A stretch of DNA of 63,462 bases, counting the filler, from an uncultured bacterium (GTDB taxonomy: Bacteria; CAYJOG01), in the NCBI GenBank assembly GCA_964371695.1. It is 10 parts of 10 records of this genome, joined end to end, with 100 filler letters (N's around TTAATTAATTAA, not from the genome) between each part and the next. Parts side by side here need not be neighbours in the genome. Positions count along the whole stretch, not along the records: positions 1 to 6,417 come from CAYJOG010000179.1; positions 6,518 to 12,882 come from CAYJOG010000180.1; 8 more parts are not named here. The stretch is one strand, 5' to 3'. How positions within the stretch are numbered: the stretch's first letter is position 1; each line of letters opens with the position of its first letter. A program made the position numbers and the translations under genes. Under the pieces are notes generated by a model. That model worked only from the letters and a program-made list of their open reading frames with translations. It did not search any database and was not told where the DNA came from. This document shows, piece by piece, positions 1 through 11,033 of the stretch.

Positions 1-428
1 GTGTTGATGTCCACGCCGGGGCCGGGGGCCACGCTCACATAAAGCTGGAACTGGCCGCGTTTTTCGGCGATGTGTACCCGCGTGACGGCGCGCACGCCCT
101 CGGTGCCCGTGAGGTGGCTTTGCAGCATTTTTTCCAGGTTCTGGGCGGTGGTTTTCACCACGCCCCGTTCGTTTTTGAGCAGGGTGAGTTCGCGGCGGTT
201 TTTAAGCGACCCCACCAGCAGAAACACGATACGCAGGCTCACCAGCACCACCGCCACGCCCACGGTGAACAGGGCGGAACGATAAAACAGGCTGTCGAGG
301 TTTTTGGCGAAGCGTTCGGCGTATACCCCCACGTCCACCACCCCCAGGCCCACCAGCACAAAACTCAGGCCCAGCGCAAACGTGATGAGTTCGCACAGCA
401 CCCCAAAGGTGAGATAAACCTTGCGCAC
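1..428 (-). CDS. amaP: AmaP-like alkaline shock response membrane anchor protein (3' end runs off window)
   Basis: GTG at 428 abuts asp23 stop; reads VRKVYLTFGVLCELITFALGLSFVLVGLGVVD with two hydrophobic segments; position next to asp23 is typical. Confidence 0.6.
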   Translation of the reverse strand, partial: MRKVYLTFGVLCELITFALGLSFVLVGLGVVDVGVYAERFAKNLDSLFYRSALFTVGVAVVLVSLRIVFLLVGSLKNRRELTLLKNERGVVKTTAQNLEKMLQSHLTGTEGVRAVTRVHIAEKRGQFQLYVSVAPGPGVDIN

Positions 429-836
429 TCAGGTCTCCGGTTCGGCCTCGCGGTTGCGCACGTGCACAATCAGCACGTTCACCGCCGCCGGGCGGATATT
501 CAGGGCGTGGACAAGGCGTTCGGTGACATGGGCCTGCACTTCGGCGGCCACGCTGGGGATGACTGCGGCGGCGTCCACCACCAGGCCGATGTCCAGTTCC
601 ACGGGCCGGTCGGGGTTCTGGGCCAGATTCAGGTCCACCACTTCGTCGGTGGGGGTTTCGCCGCTTACTTTCACCCGCACGCCACGGGTGAGGCGCTTGA
701 GGCCCAGCAACTCGCCCAGGCGGTTGCCCCCGGCGAGGTCCAGCACCCCCGGCACCTCCAGCGCGGCAAGGCTTGTCAGGGCAGACAAGCCCTCTACCGT
801 GACGCTGATGTGCGAGGCGGGGGTTTCACTGTTCAT
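429..836 (-). CDS. Asp23/Gls24 family envelope stress protein
   Basis: ALEVPGV...RGVRV...AAEVQAHVTERL...VNVLIVHV pattern; downstream of efp as in Bacillota. Confidence 0.85.
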   Translation of the reverse strand: MNSETPASHISVTVEGLSALTSLAALEVPGVLDLAGGNRLGELLGLKRLTRGVRVKVSGETPTDEVVDLNLAQNPDRPVELDIGLVVDAAAVIPSVAAEVQAHVTERLVHALNIRPAAVNVLIVHVRNREAEPET

Positions 837-1399
837 CAGTTGGCACGCTCCACATAGGATTTGCTCTGCGTGTTTATTTTAATTTTCTGGCCCTCGTCTA
901 CAAACAGGGGCACCTGGGTGGTGAAGCCGGTCTCGGTGGTGGCGTTTTTGGTGGCGCCAGAGACGGTGTCGCCCTTCACGGCCGGGTCGGTGGTGGTGAT
1001 GGTGTGGATCACGAACTGGGGCAGTTCCACGTCCACCACCTGCACTTCGTTATACACCACGGCCTCCAGCGTTTCGCCCTCGCGCAGCAGCAGGGGCACG
1101 TCGGCCACGGCCTTGATGGGGACATTGAGCTGCTCAAAAGTTTTGTTGTCCATCAACACCACGCTGTCGCCGTCTACATAAAGAAACTGCATTTCCTTTT
1201 TCATGACGTTGGCCTGCTCAACTTTTTCACCAGCCCGCAGGGTTTTTTCATAAATGCTGCCGGTGAACAGGTTTTTCATCTTGGTGCGCACAAAGGCAGG
1301 GCCTTTGCCCGGTTTGACATGCTGGAACTCCATGACCCGGTGGGGCTGGCCTTCGAGCATGATGGTGATGCCGTTCCTCAGATCGTTAGTGGAAATCAA
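836..1399 (-). CDS. efp: Elongation factor P
   Basis: ISTNDLRNG, HVKPGKGPAFVRTK, VPLFVDEG, YVERA; likely TTG start at 1399 after GGAGAAGG. Confidence 0.97.
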   Translation of the reverse strand: MISTNDLRNGITIMLEGQPHRVMEFQHVKPGKGPAFVRTKMKNLFTGSIYEKTLRAGEKVEQANVMKKEMQFLYVDGDSVVLMDNKTFEQLNVPIKAVADVPLLLREGETLEAVVYNEVQVVDVELPQFVIHTITTTDPAVKGDTVSGATKNATTETGFTTQVPLFVDEGQKIKINTQSKSYVERAN

Positions 1400-1410
1400 T
1401 ACCCTTCTCC

Positions 1411-1944
1411 TTAAACCTTTGTTCGCCCCTTCTTGAAGGGCGCAATATCGTAACCGCAAAGGGGCGAGAGGCCAAACAGTCCGCCGGGGGAGAAATCACT
1501 TTCCAGGTGCGCCAGCAGCAGTTCCATGCCCTTGATGTAACTCTGGGCCCCCAGGCCCTTCACCTCGCCGATGGCTGCGAGGGCCACATAACTGTGGTGG
1601 CGGAAGGGTTCCCGTGTGGCGGGGTCGGACAGATGCACCTCCACCACGGGCAGCCCCACGGCCTTCAGCGCGTCGAGGATGGCCAGCGAGGTGTGGGTGT
1701 AGGCGGCGGCGTTCAGCATCAGGCCCTGCGCGATGCCCCGCGATTCCTGAATCCAGTCCACCAGTTCGCCCTCGTGGTTGGTCTGGCGAAAAGCCCCCAC
1801 CACACAGCCCAGTTCACGGGCGTGTTCTTCGCACATGGCGCGGATGTCCTGCAGGGTGGTTTTGCCATAAATCTCTGGCTCGCGGGTGCCCAGCAGGTTC
1901 AGGTTGGGTCCGTTGAGAATCCAGATGACAAACGGTGAGGACAT
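1411..1944 (-). CDS. aroQ: Type II 3-dehydroquinate dehydratase
   Basis: [43 protein letters not shown]. Confidence 0.96.
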   Translation of the reverse strand: MSSPFVIWILNGPNLNLLGTREPEIYGKTTLQDIRAMCEEHARELGCVVGAFRQTNHEGELVDWIQESRGIAQGLMLNAAAYTHTSLAILDALKAVGLPVVEVHLSDPATREPFRHHSYVALAAIGEVKGLGAQSYIKGMELLLAHLESDFSPGGLFGLSPLCGYDIAPFKKGRTKV

Positions 1945-1979
1945 GGTGATGCAGCCATTGTGCGCCTGCTGTCACGGCC

Positions 1980-3683
1980 TTACAACGTGATTTTCCACAC
2001 CACGCCCTTGGTGTCCTGGTCCTGGGCGGCGTCATAACTGATTTTGTTGGCCCCCACCAGATACAGGTTTCCTTCGTCATCCATGCCCAGGCCCTTGGGG
2101 GGGAACAGATCGATGTCGGGTATCACGTTGGGGCCGGTGGGCCCCAGCACCTGCTGCACGCGACCCTTCAGGTCACTCACCAGCAGGCGGCTGTTGTTGG
2201 CGTCCACAATCACCAGCAGGTTGCTCTTGGTCAGCACCAGATCAGAGGGCTGGTCCAGCACCACTTCCTGCTCGTCTTCGGTGAACAGCTTGAGCGCCTT
2301 GGGGCGCTCGCCGGGTTGCAAAATACCGATGGTGTTGTCGGCGCGTGACGAGAAAAACACGGTGCCATCACCGGTCACGGCCAAGCCGTTGGGGTGGTGC
2401 AGGCCCGGCGGCAGGGTCCATTCTTCCACCAAATCGCCGTTGTTGTTGAACTTCAGGATGCGGTTGTTCATGCGGTCGGCCACAAACAGGTTGCGGCCTG
2501 CGTCGTGGGTGATGGCCTTGGGAAACTGATAACCCTTGCCCGGCGGCGTGATTTCCCGCAGCTTGCGGCCTTCCTGATCCAGCACCACCACGTGGTTGGC
2601 CTGGCGGTCGAAGTCCACCAGATACACTTCGTTTTCCACAAGGTCCAGGCTCACGGGGAACACCACGGGAATGTCGCTTTCCAGTTCCTTGGTGGTGCCG
2701 TCCACGTCCACCTTCACCAAGCCGTTCACCTTGTCGTCGGCAATCAGCAGGGTGCCGTCTTCAAGGGGAATGACGTCATAGGGCACGCCCAGTTCCTTGC
2801 TCACCATCTTGGCGCTGAAGCCGCCCCCCTCGGTGCCGGTGGTGATGAACGCCTTCATGCCCTGAATGGCGGCGCTGAGCGCGCCCCCCTGGCTCTGTTC
2901 TTCGGCGGCGGGGGGCTGATCTACCCCCGTGGGGCGGCGGGTGACCTCGCGGGCCAGCACCAGGCCAAACACCACCAGGGCCGCCGCCGCCATGGCCACC
3001 AGACGCCCCCGCGCCCGCTCCAGGCTGGCCGCCACGGTGCGTATCACCATGGCCTGCTCGCCGGGCTGGGTCAGCACCTTGCCCATGATTTCAATGGTTT
3101 CCTGCTCGGTGGTGTGGGAAAGTTTTTTGAGCAGTTCGCCTTTGCCCAGGCGCGGCAAAAGATCCACGTTACACAAAATCAGTTCGTCGCCGGGTTTCAG
3201 TCGGGCGTGGCGCAGGTTCAGTTCCAGTGTGTCTGCAAGGCCCAGATATTCCGGCCCCGTGGCGGCCTCCAGCCCCCGGTTTTTCTGCACGCTGCCGGTG
3301 TTCAGCAGTTTCAGGTGATGCCCCCGCAGCAGATAAACCCCCACGCCGCGGGTGGTACACAGGGTCACGCGGTCTCCCTGCACCACCACGGCGGCCAGGG
3401 CAGCCACCAGTTTCTCCTGTCCCAGTCGCGCCCGCAGGGCCTTGTGCAGGCGTTGCAGGTGAAACCGCAGGCTTTCGCTGAAGTCGGTTTCGTTGTGGTA
3501 ATACACGCTGAGCTGGTTGTGGATTTCCTTGAGCAGCGCCCGCCCCAGCCCCAGCGCCCCCGGCGGCCCCGCCAGCACGTCGGTGAGTGTGAACAGGCCA
3601 AAGTGCTTGTAGGTGTCGTTGCTTTCCACCGCCAGCAGGCCCGGATCGTTCTCGCCGGGATAAAGGGTTGCCTCTAAACGCAC
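1980..3683 (-). CDS. Degenerate PP2C-like domain + TM helix + NHL-repeat beta-propeller
   Basis: N-terminal PP2C-like pattern (VYLLRG, LKPGDELILC); TM LVAMAAAALVVFGLVLA; NHL repeats (FPKAITHD..NLFVADRMNNRI, LHHPNGLAV, LDQPSDL..IVDANNSR). Confidence 0.75.
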   Translation of the reverse strand: MRLEATLYPGENDPGLLAVESNDTYKHFGLFTLTDVLAGPPGALGLGRALLKEIHNQLSVYYHNETDFSESLRFHLQRLHKALRARLGQEKLVAALAAVVVQGDRVTLCTTRGVGVYLLRGHHLKLLNTGSVQKNRGLEAATGPEYLGLADTLELNLRHARLKPGDELILCNVDLLPRLGKGELLKKLSHTTEQETIEIMGKVLTQPGEQAMVIRTVAASLERARGRLVAMAAAALVVFGLVLAREVTRRPTGVDQPPAAEEQSQGGALSAAIQGMKAFITTGTEGGGFSAKMVSKELGVPYDVIPLEDGTLLIADDKVNGLVKVDVDGTTKELESDIPVVFPVSLDLVENEVYLVDFDRQANHVVVLDQEGRKLREITPPGKGYQFPKAITHDAGRNLFVADRMNNRILKFNNNGDLVEEWTLPPGLHHPNGLAVTGDGTVFFSSRADNTIGILQPGERPKALKLFTEDEQEVVLDQPSDLVLTKSNLLVIVDANNSRLLVSDLKGRVQQVLGPTGPNVIPDIDLFPPKGLGMDDEGNLYLVGANKISYDAAQDQDTKGVVWKITL

Positions 3684-3705
3684 GGGCTTAAGATACCTAT
3701 AACTG

Positions 3706-3849
3706 GTCCCCGAAGTCCATCCTGGACTTCGGGGACACGCGGCATCAGAAAATGAATTTCCGATGCCAGCGCGAAAACCTGCGGTTTTTCAACCTCCGGT
3801 TTTAGGAGGCGCGCCATCCGGGCGCGCACCGGGTGTTCCCACACCCGGT
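3706..3849 (-). repeat. Multi-hairpin repeat family E (diverged copy)
   Basis: Reverse strand: GCGCGCC-CGGA-TGGCGCGC, AAAACC..GGTT-GAAA-AACC..GGTTTT, GGCATCGGAAA-TTCAT-TTTCTGATGCC, GAAGTCC-AGGAT-GGACTTC; same hairpin order as 58552-58730. Confidence 0.7.
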
Positions 3850-3893
3850 CAAAAAGCCCGCTGCTGTCAGGGTGCGGCGGTTATCCTGTCGCC

Positions 3894-4898
3894 GTGCTTT
3901 CGCTGGCCATCGAAACCAGTTGTGACGACTGCGCGGCGGCGGTGCTGCGCGGGCCACAGGTGGTGGCCGCCGTGCGGTTTCATCAGGACAGGCTGCACCG
4001 TCGCCACGGCGGCGTGGTGCCCGAAGTGGCCAGCCGCGAACACGTGCGGCAGATAGAACCCACGGTGCAGGGCGTGCTGGCGCGGGCGGGGGTTTCCCTG
4101 GGCGAAATCCGGGCACTGGCCGTCACACAGGGGCCGGGGCTGATCGGCTCGTTGCTGGTGGGGCTGCGTTATGCCCAGGGTCTGGCAGTGTCGGCGGGGT
4201 TGCCGCTGGTGGGGGTGCATCATCTGATGGCGCACCTGTTCAGCCCGCTGATGGGCGAGGCGGACCTGACACCATTTTTCCCGGCCCTGGGGCTGGTGGT
4301 GAGCGGCGGCCACACGGCGCTTTACAGCGTGCGGTCACTGGGTGAGATTTCGCTTTTGGGCGAAACGCTGGACGACGCTGCGGGCGAAGCCATGGACAAA
4401 ACCGCCAAGCTGCTGGGCCTGGGTTTTCCAGGTGGGGCGGCGTTGTCGGAACTGGCGAAAACGGGCGACCCCAAAGCCTGCCCACTGCCATTGCCCATGC
4501 AGGGGCGCGACACGTTGTTGTTCAGTTTCAGCGGCCTTAAAACAGCGGCGGCGCGCAAAATTGAACAAATCGAAAACCCTGTTACGCCCCAACATCTGGC
4601 GGCGGCTTTTGAGGCGCGGGTGGTGCAACACCTGGCCCAGCGGACAGAAAAGGCGTTGTTGCAGACAGGCCACAAAACATTGCTGGTGGGCGGCGGCGTG
4701 GCCTGCAACGGGCCGTTGCGCCACGCCCTGGCGCAGGTGTGCCAGCAAAACGGCGTGGTGCTTCATCTGGCCAAACCGCGGTTCTGCACCGACAATGCCG
4801 CCATGGTGGGTTTTCTGGCGCATCATTTGCGGGCGCAGGGGCGGGCGGGGGATTTCCCCCTGGAACCGCGGGCGCGCTGGCCGGTGGGTGGCCCGTGA
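3894..4898 (+). CDS. tsaD: tRNA N6-adenosine threonylcarbamoyltransferase
   Basis: IETSCDD, GGVVPEVASREH, VSGGHT, DDAAGEAMDK, SFSGLKT, CTDNAAMV. Confidence 0.97.
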   Translation: MLSLAIETSCDDCAAAVLRGPQVVAAVRFHQDRLHRRHGGVVPEVASREHVRQIEPTVQGVLARAGVSLGEIRALAVTQGPGLIGSLLVGLRYAQGLAVSAGLPLVGVHHLMAHLFSPLMGEADLTPFFPALGLVVSGGHTALYSVRSLGEISLLGETLDDAAGEAMDKTAKLLGLGFPGGAALSELAKTGDPKACPLPLPMQGRDTLLFSFSGLKTAAARKIEQIENPVTPQHLAAAFEARVVQHLAQRTEKALLQTGHKTLLVGGGVACNGPLRHALAQVCQQNGVVLHLAKPRFCTDNAAMVGFLAHHLRAQGRAGDFPLEPRARWPVGGP

Positions 4899-4964
4899 AT
4901 CAGAAAATTTTCAAAAACAGCAACAAATCTGAGATGAAAATCAAAAACCCAGCCCAGTTTATAT

Positions 4965-5150
4965 TTGGTTCGTCGGTTGCATCCGTGCAACCTTACGAAC
5001 AACGCCGCACGGTCCAGCCCATCCCTGAACGCCGTCTGGGGTTCAAAAGGGTTTTATTCAAAGGTCTATTTTGGGTTATCCACCGCCCGCGCTGGACCGG
5101 CGGCGGGAACGGCCATCCATGGCCTCTGGCGCCTGATGTCGCCAAGGGTT
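4965..5150 (+). repeat. Palindromic repeat family A
   Basis: TTGGTTCGTCGGTTGCATCCGTGCAACCTTACGAACAACGCCGCACGG...CCGGCGGCGGGAACGGCCATCCATGGCC; near-identical ends at 37563 and inverted at 5705-5884. Confidence 0.85.
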
Positions 5151-5166
5151 TTGCCGGAAGTGGCGG

Positions 5167-5691
5167 ATGAATCCCCTGCTGGTCAAAAAAAAGCTGGGCC
5201 AGCGCACGCAGCTTTTGTTGTGCCGCCTGCGCGAAGAAACAGGCGAGGCTGGTTCCACCCCCTGGCACGGCCCAGCCTGGGTGGGCGAAAAAAACTTCGC
5301 GCCCGACGACCCCTATCTTTTTGACACCCAACTGGCCGAAGCCCCCTATGCCGGCCCCGGTTTTTCGTGGCGGGTGCGTTGCCCCCAAGGCGCGTGGCAT
5401 TTTGCCTTTACGGTTTATGACGCAGCGGGGCGGCTGGTGATGGGCAGCCTGGAGTTTATCCGCCCCATGGAAATTTCGGGAGGTCTCTGCTCGGCGGTGG
5501 ACCTGGAACTGGACCTGTACTGGCTGCCGGGTGGCGTGGTGAAGGTGGTGGACGAAGACGAACTGCAACAGGCCCTGGCGGCGGGGCTGATGAGCGCCGA
5601 AGAGGGGCAGCGCGTGGTGGAAGAATGCGAAGCGGCGCGCCTGGCGATTGTGACGGGGAACTATCCGTGGCCGCTTAGGGAGGAAACTTGA
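5167..5691 (+). CDS. DUF402-like protein
   Basis: VDLELDLYWLPGGVVKVVDEDEL acidic motif typical of DUF402. Confidence 0.7.
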   Translation: MNPLLVKKKLGQRTQLLLCRLREETGEAGSTPWHGPAWVGEKNFAPDDPYLFDTQLAEAPYAGPGFSWRVRCPQGAWHFAFTVYDAAGRLVMGSLEFIRPMEISGGLCSAVDLELDLYWLPGGVVKVVDEDELQQALAAGLMSAEEGQRVVEECEAARLAIVTGNYPWPLREET

Positions 5692-5704
5692 TTTCAAAAG
5701 GGGT

Positions 5705-5884
5705 TCTGAGAATCCGCAGGCCAAGGGCCACGGATGGCCCGTTCCGCCGCCGGTTCAGCACGGTCGGGGGTCGGCAAAAAACAGGGTTTCAGCAAAAAAT
5801 CTTCAAAAGGCATTTGACTTGCCGGGCTGGGCTGGACCGTGCGGCGTCGTTTGTAAGGTTTCATGGATGAAACCGACAAACCAG
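5705..5884 (-). repeat. Palindromic repeat family A (inverted copy)
   Basis: Reverse strand TGGTTTGTCGGTTTCATCCATGAAACCTTACAAACGACGCCGCACGGTCCAGCCC...CCGGCGGCGGAACGGGCCATCCGTGGCCC. Confidence 0.85.
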
Positions 5885-5943
5885 GAAAAAAATAAAAAGG
5901 AATGCGGAAGGCCGCACCATTCTGGTAATAAGGGCTGGGCGTC

Positions 5944-6417
5944 ATGGCAATAACCTTGGGCCTCGAAGAAGAAGTCTTTTTGACTCAGCCCACGTTGCCC
6001 ACCTTCATGAGTTTTCTGCCCCTGGTGCGCCTGATGTGGGCCTCGCCCCGTCGGCATTTTTTGCGCACGGCCAGCAACTTTGCGCGGGGCAAAGACGCCC
6101 GTCAGGTGTTGATGGGCGCGGTGGAAGTGAGCACCGGCGTGGCCCGTGACGTGCCGGAACTGCTGGAAGACCTGAAGCAGCGGCGGGGTGAACTGGCAAG
6201 CCGGGCGGCCTCGTTGTGTGTGCCCGTGGGCAATCTGTTTGATCTGACCTGCCCCACCAACACGGCGGGTTTGCACGTGCATCTGGGCAACCTGCCCGAC
6301 CCCCCGGCGGCCTATCGCCGCGTGGCGAAATATCTGCCGCTGGTGATGCGTTATGGGGCCCACGCGCCGGTGGCGGGGGGTGTGGCCGCGCCCCCCAGTT
6401 GGCGCATGGCCCATGGT
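5944..6417 (+). CDS. Glutamate--cysteine ligase GCS2/YbdK-like protein (truncated by contig end)
   Basis: TLGLEEEVFL, VEVSTG, AGLHVHLG. Confidence 0.7.
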
Positions 6418-6517
6418 NNNNNNNNNNNNNNNNNNNNNNNNNNNNNNNNNNNNNNNNNNNNTTAATTAATTAANNNNNNNNNNNNNNNNNNNNNNNNNNN
6501 NNNNNNNNNNNNNNNNN
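6418..6517. other. Contig-joining linker; also at 12883-12982, 19316-19415, 25746-25845, 32092-32191, 38408-38507, 44696-44795, 50959-51058, 57217-57316
   Basis: Identical 100-nt N-TTAATTAATTAA-N six-frame stop spacer; contig lengths decrease steadily. Confidence 0.98.
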
Positions 6518-6616
6518 CCCCCCAGTGGGGGGTTTGGGGGGCAAAGCCCCCCATTAACAATTCCCAAAAACCACTTCCCCAAAAACGTTCCTGGGAGACC
6601 GGGGTAAACTCCCTCC

Positions 6617-7534
6617 ATGAACGCCGATTTGCTGCAAGCCAGTCTGCTGGAGCTGATTCGCCGCACCAGCGCCGAACTGTCCCCCGACGTGATCGCCGCC
6701 CTGGCCCGCCAGCGCGAGGTGGAGGAGTCCAGCACCAGCGCCCGTTTCGCCATGGACACCATCGCCGAGAACATCGTGATGGCGCGGGAAAAATCCGCGC
6801 CCATCTGTCAGGACACCGGCAGCATCCTTTTTTATGTCAAACACCCGCTGGGCTTCAACCCCATGCTGTTCCGCGAAAAGGTGAACGCCGCCACGGTGCT
6901 GGCCACACAAAAGGGTTATCTGCGTCAAAACAGTGTGGACAGTCTCAGCGGCGTGAACGACGGCACCAACCTGGGGCCGGATTATCCGGTGATTTATTTC
7001 GACGCCTGGGAGAAACCCCACGTCGAGGTGCGCCTGATGCTCAAGGGCGGCGGCTGCGAAAACGTGGGCGCGCAATATGCTTTGCCCCACACGGCGCTCA
7101 AGGCCGGGCGCGACCTGGAGGGTGTGCGCCGGGTGGTGCTGGACGCCGTGTTTCAGGCCCAGGGCAAGGGTTGCGGGCCGGGGATTCTGGGGGTGTGCAT
7201 TGGCGGCGACCGGGGCACGGGTTACAGCCACAGCAAAAAACAGTTTCTGCGCTGGCTGGATGACGCGAGTCCCAATCCCGAACTGGCGAAGCTGGAAGAA
7301 ACCATTGTGGAGCAGGCCAACAGCCTGGGCATCGGCCCCATGGGGTTTGGAGGAAAAACCACGCTGCTGGGCTGCAAAATCGGCGTACTCAACCGCCTGC
7401 CCGCCAGTTTTTATGTGTCGGTGAGTTACATGTGTTGGGCATTCCGCCGCCAGGGCGTGGTGCTGGACGCCACGGGCGGCCTGGGGGACTGGCTTTACAG
7501 CGAAGAGAAAATGAAGGCGAGGGCCTCGGCATGA
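6617..7534 (+). CDS. Class I Fe-S fumarate/tartrate hydratase, alpha subunit
   Basis: PICQDTG, KGGGCEN, GKGCGPG, GIGPMGFGG, MCWAFR. Confidence 0.92.
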   Translation: MNADLLQASLLELIRRTSAELSPDVIAALARQREVEESSTSARFAMDTIAENIVMAREKSAPICQDTGSILFYVKHPLGFNPMLFREKVNAATVLATQKGYLRQNSVDSLSGVNDGTNLGPDYPVIYFDAWEKPHVEVRLMLKGGGCENVGAQYALPHTALKAGRDLEGVRRVVLDAVFQAQGKGCGPGILGVCIGGDRGTGYSHSKKQFLRWLDDASPNPELAKLEETIVEQANSLGIGPMGFGGKTTLLGCKIGVLNRLPASFYVSVSYMCWAFRRQGVVLDATGGLGDWLYSEEKMKARASA

Positions 7535-8097
7535 AACTCACCACACCCCTCAGCGAGCAGGATGTGCGCGCACTCAAGCTCAACCAGACGGTTTCTCTCA
7601 GCGGCAAGGTGTTCACGGGCCGCGACGCCGTACACAAATATCTTTACGAGGGTCACCCCAGCCCGGTAGACCTGCGGGGACAGGTGATCTATCACTGCGG
7701 CCCCGTGGTGGTGGAGGAGGACGGCCGCTGGGTGGTGAAGGCCGCCGGCCCCACCACCAGCATCCGCGAGGAGCCCTATCAGTGGAAGCTCATCGAGACC
7801 CTGGGCCTGCGGGCCATCATTGGCAAGGGCGGCATGGGCGAGAAAACCCGCGACGCCTGCAAGGCGTTCGGCTGTGTGTATCTGCACGCCGTGGGCGGCG
7901 CGGCCCAGGTGCTGGCCCAGACGGTAAAGCGGGTGGACGGTGTGTATCTGAAGGACGAGTTTGGCAGCCCGGAGGCCATCTGGGAGATGGTGGTGGAGGA
8001 TTTCGCCGCTGTGGTGACCATTGACGCCCACGGCAACAGCCTGCACGACGAAGTAGCCCGCCAGAGCGGTGAAAAGCTCAAAGCGCTGCTGGGTTAG
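7531..8097 (+). CDS. Class I Fe-S fumarate/tartrate hydratase, beta subunit
   Basis: TGRDAVHK, YHCGPV, AGPTTSIR, IGKGGM, DAHGNSLH; ATGA overlap with alpha. Confidence 0.92.
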   Translation: MKLTTPLSEQDVRALKLNQTVSLSGKVFTGRDAVHKYLYEGHPSPVDLRGQVIYHCGPVVVEEDGRWVVKAAGPTTSIREEPYQWKLIETLGLRAIIGKGGMGEKTRDACKAFGCVYLHAVGGAAQVLAQTVKRVDGVYLKDEFGSPEAIWEMVVEDFAAVVTIDAHGNSLHDEVARQSGEKLKALLG

Positions 8098-8147
8098 GCC
8101 AAAAACGGCCTTAAACCAGCAACCCACTGGGCTGCGCCACCAAAAAC

Positions 8148-8223
8148 TTAGTCGCCAAGACTAAACTTTTCGATAATTTTCATTTGTCAATCACCTTGAC
8201 ACTGTGCTTATCTCCCATAGAAT
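8148..8223 (+). promoter_or_regulatory. groESL sigma70-type promoter with upstream palindromes
   Basis: TTGACA (8196-8201)-N16-TAGAAT (8218-8223); TTAGT-N7-ACTAA at 8148-8164; TGTCAA-N5-TTGACA overlapping the -35. Confidence 0.6.
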
Positions 8224-8279
8224 GCCCCCTCACATCGAGGGCACATGAAGTGCCAAAATCAAATGGAGGTAAACTGTTT

Positions 8280-8582
8280 ATGAGTAAATCACCCAAACTG
8301 AAGCCATTGGGCGACCGGGTTCTCATCAAGCGCGTCGAAGAAACCGAAGAGCGCACCGCTGGGGGCATTCTGATCCCCGACAGCGCCAAGGAAAAACCCC
8401 AACAGGCCGCAGTCATTGCCGTTGGCCCCGGCAAACTGCTGGATGACGGCAAGCGCGGCACCATGGACGTGAAGGTGGGCGACAAGGTCATCATCAGCAA
8501 ATGGGGTGGCACCGAGGTCAAGGTGGGCGGCGAAGAATACCTGCTCATCAACATGGACGACATTCTGGCCATCGCCGAATAA
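8280..8582 (+). CDS. groES: Co-chaperonin GroES
   Basis: [34 protein letters not shown]. Confidence 0.98.
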   Translation: MSKSPKLKPLGDRVLIKRVEETEERTAGGILIPDSAKEKPQQAAVIAVGPGKLLDDGKRGTMDVKVGDKVIISKWGGTEVKVGGEEYLLINMDDILAIAE

Positions 8583-10241
<1,659 letters not shown>

Positions 10242-10266
10242 GCCACGCTCTATTTTTTGAAGCCAG

Positions 10267-10293
10267 AAAGCCCCGGTTTGCCGGGGCTTTTTT
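10267..10293 (+). terminator. Intrinsic terminator after groEL
   Basis: AAAGCCCCGG-TTTG-CCGGGGCTTTTTT. Confidence 0.85.
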
Positions 10294-10327
10294 GTGTCAT
10301 GCAGGTAGGGTGTTATTCCTCAGTCCC

Positions 10328-10491
10328 CGTCATTCCCGCAGAAGCGGGAATCCAGTTGAAACAAAAACAACACACCTTCTTCCGTTTTATTTTTCTGTTC
10401 TCTTTTAGTGGGGCGGGTGTCCCCGCCCGCCATGAAAAGAAAAAGGTTTGGGGCCATGCCTGACTGGATTCCCGCCTTCGCGGGAATGACG
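10328..10491. repeat. CGTC-type REP doublet (REPIN-like, family C) enclosing a further small palindrome
   Basis: CGTCATTCCCGCAGAAGCGGGAATCCAG ... CTGGATTCCCGCCTTCGCGGGAATGACG; inner GGCGGGTGTCCCCGCCCGCC. Confidence 0.8.
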
Positions 10492-10582
10492 CCAACCAGT
10501 GGATTTTGAAAGGGTGGGGGGCATGGTCCCTACGAAGGCAAAAATCCATACACAAAAATACAAAACGCCTTAAACTCCCCCC

Positions 10583-10792
10583 ATGTTGCTCGACGACGGC
10601 TTGAACCATTTGAGTCTGGTGGTGATGTATGCGGGCCTGCTGGGCTGGCTCACCTGCGGATTTCTGTTTGTCTACAAGGGTTTTGACCGCAAGGGGCGTT
10701 ATTCTTCTAAAAAAGGTTTGCCCCTGATGGCGGCCACCTGTTTTTTCGTGGTGGTGTGGGTGGCGGGGCTGGTGTTTCTGGGAGTGGTTTAG
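10583..10792 (+). CDS. Small two-TM membrane protein, unknown function
   Basis: Two hydrophobic helices flanking a basic loop; TAAACT-N6-ATG. Confidence 0.6.
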   Translation: MLLDDGLNHLSLVVMYAGLLGWLTCGFLFVYKGFDRKGRYSSKKGLPLMAATCFFVVVWVAGLVFLGVV

Positions 10793-10883
10793 CGCATTTT
10801 TGGGTGTCTGTGTAATAGGTGTTGCGGCGAGGCCCCCGTCGTTGTACTGGTTTTTTTAAGGCATTGGGGGCGACGAAGGTGTC

Positions 10884-10994
10884 CATAGCCGCTAACCTTC
10901 CGGGAGTAGCGGCGGTGTCCCCACCGCCGAAAAAAGAAAAAACCCCCTTAATTTTTCTTTTGATCTGTGCGCGGTGCGGACACCGCGCCTACTC
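10884..10994. repeat. GTAG-type REP doublet (family B)
   Basis: GAGTAGCGGCGGTGTCCCCACCGCCG ... GCGGTGCGGACACCGCGCCTACTC; repeated at 36708 and 51916. Confidence 0.85.
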
Positions 10995-11033
10995 GACGAA
11001 CCTAAGAAAAACGCTTCAGGAAGGCGATTTTTG

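Noticed and set aside
8240-8256. CIRCE-like GGCAC-N5-GTGCC upstream of groES
   Set aside because: Arms and spacer do not fit TTAGCACTC-N9-GAGTGCTAA.
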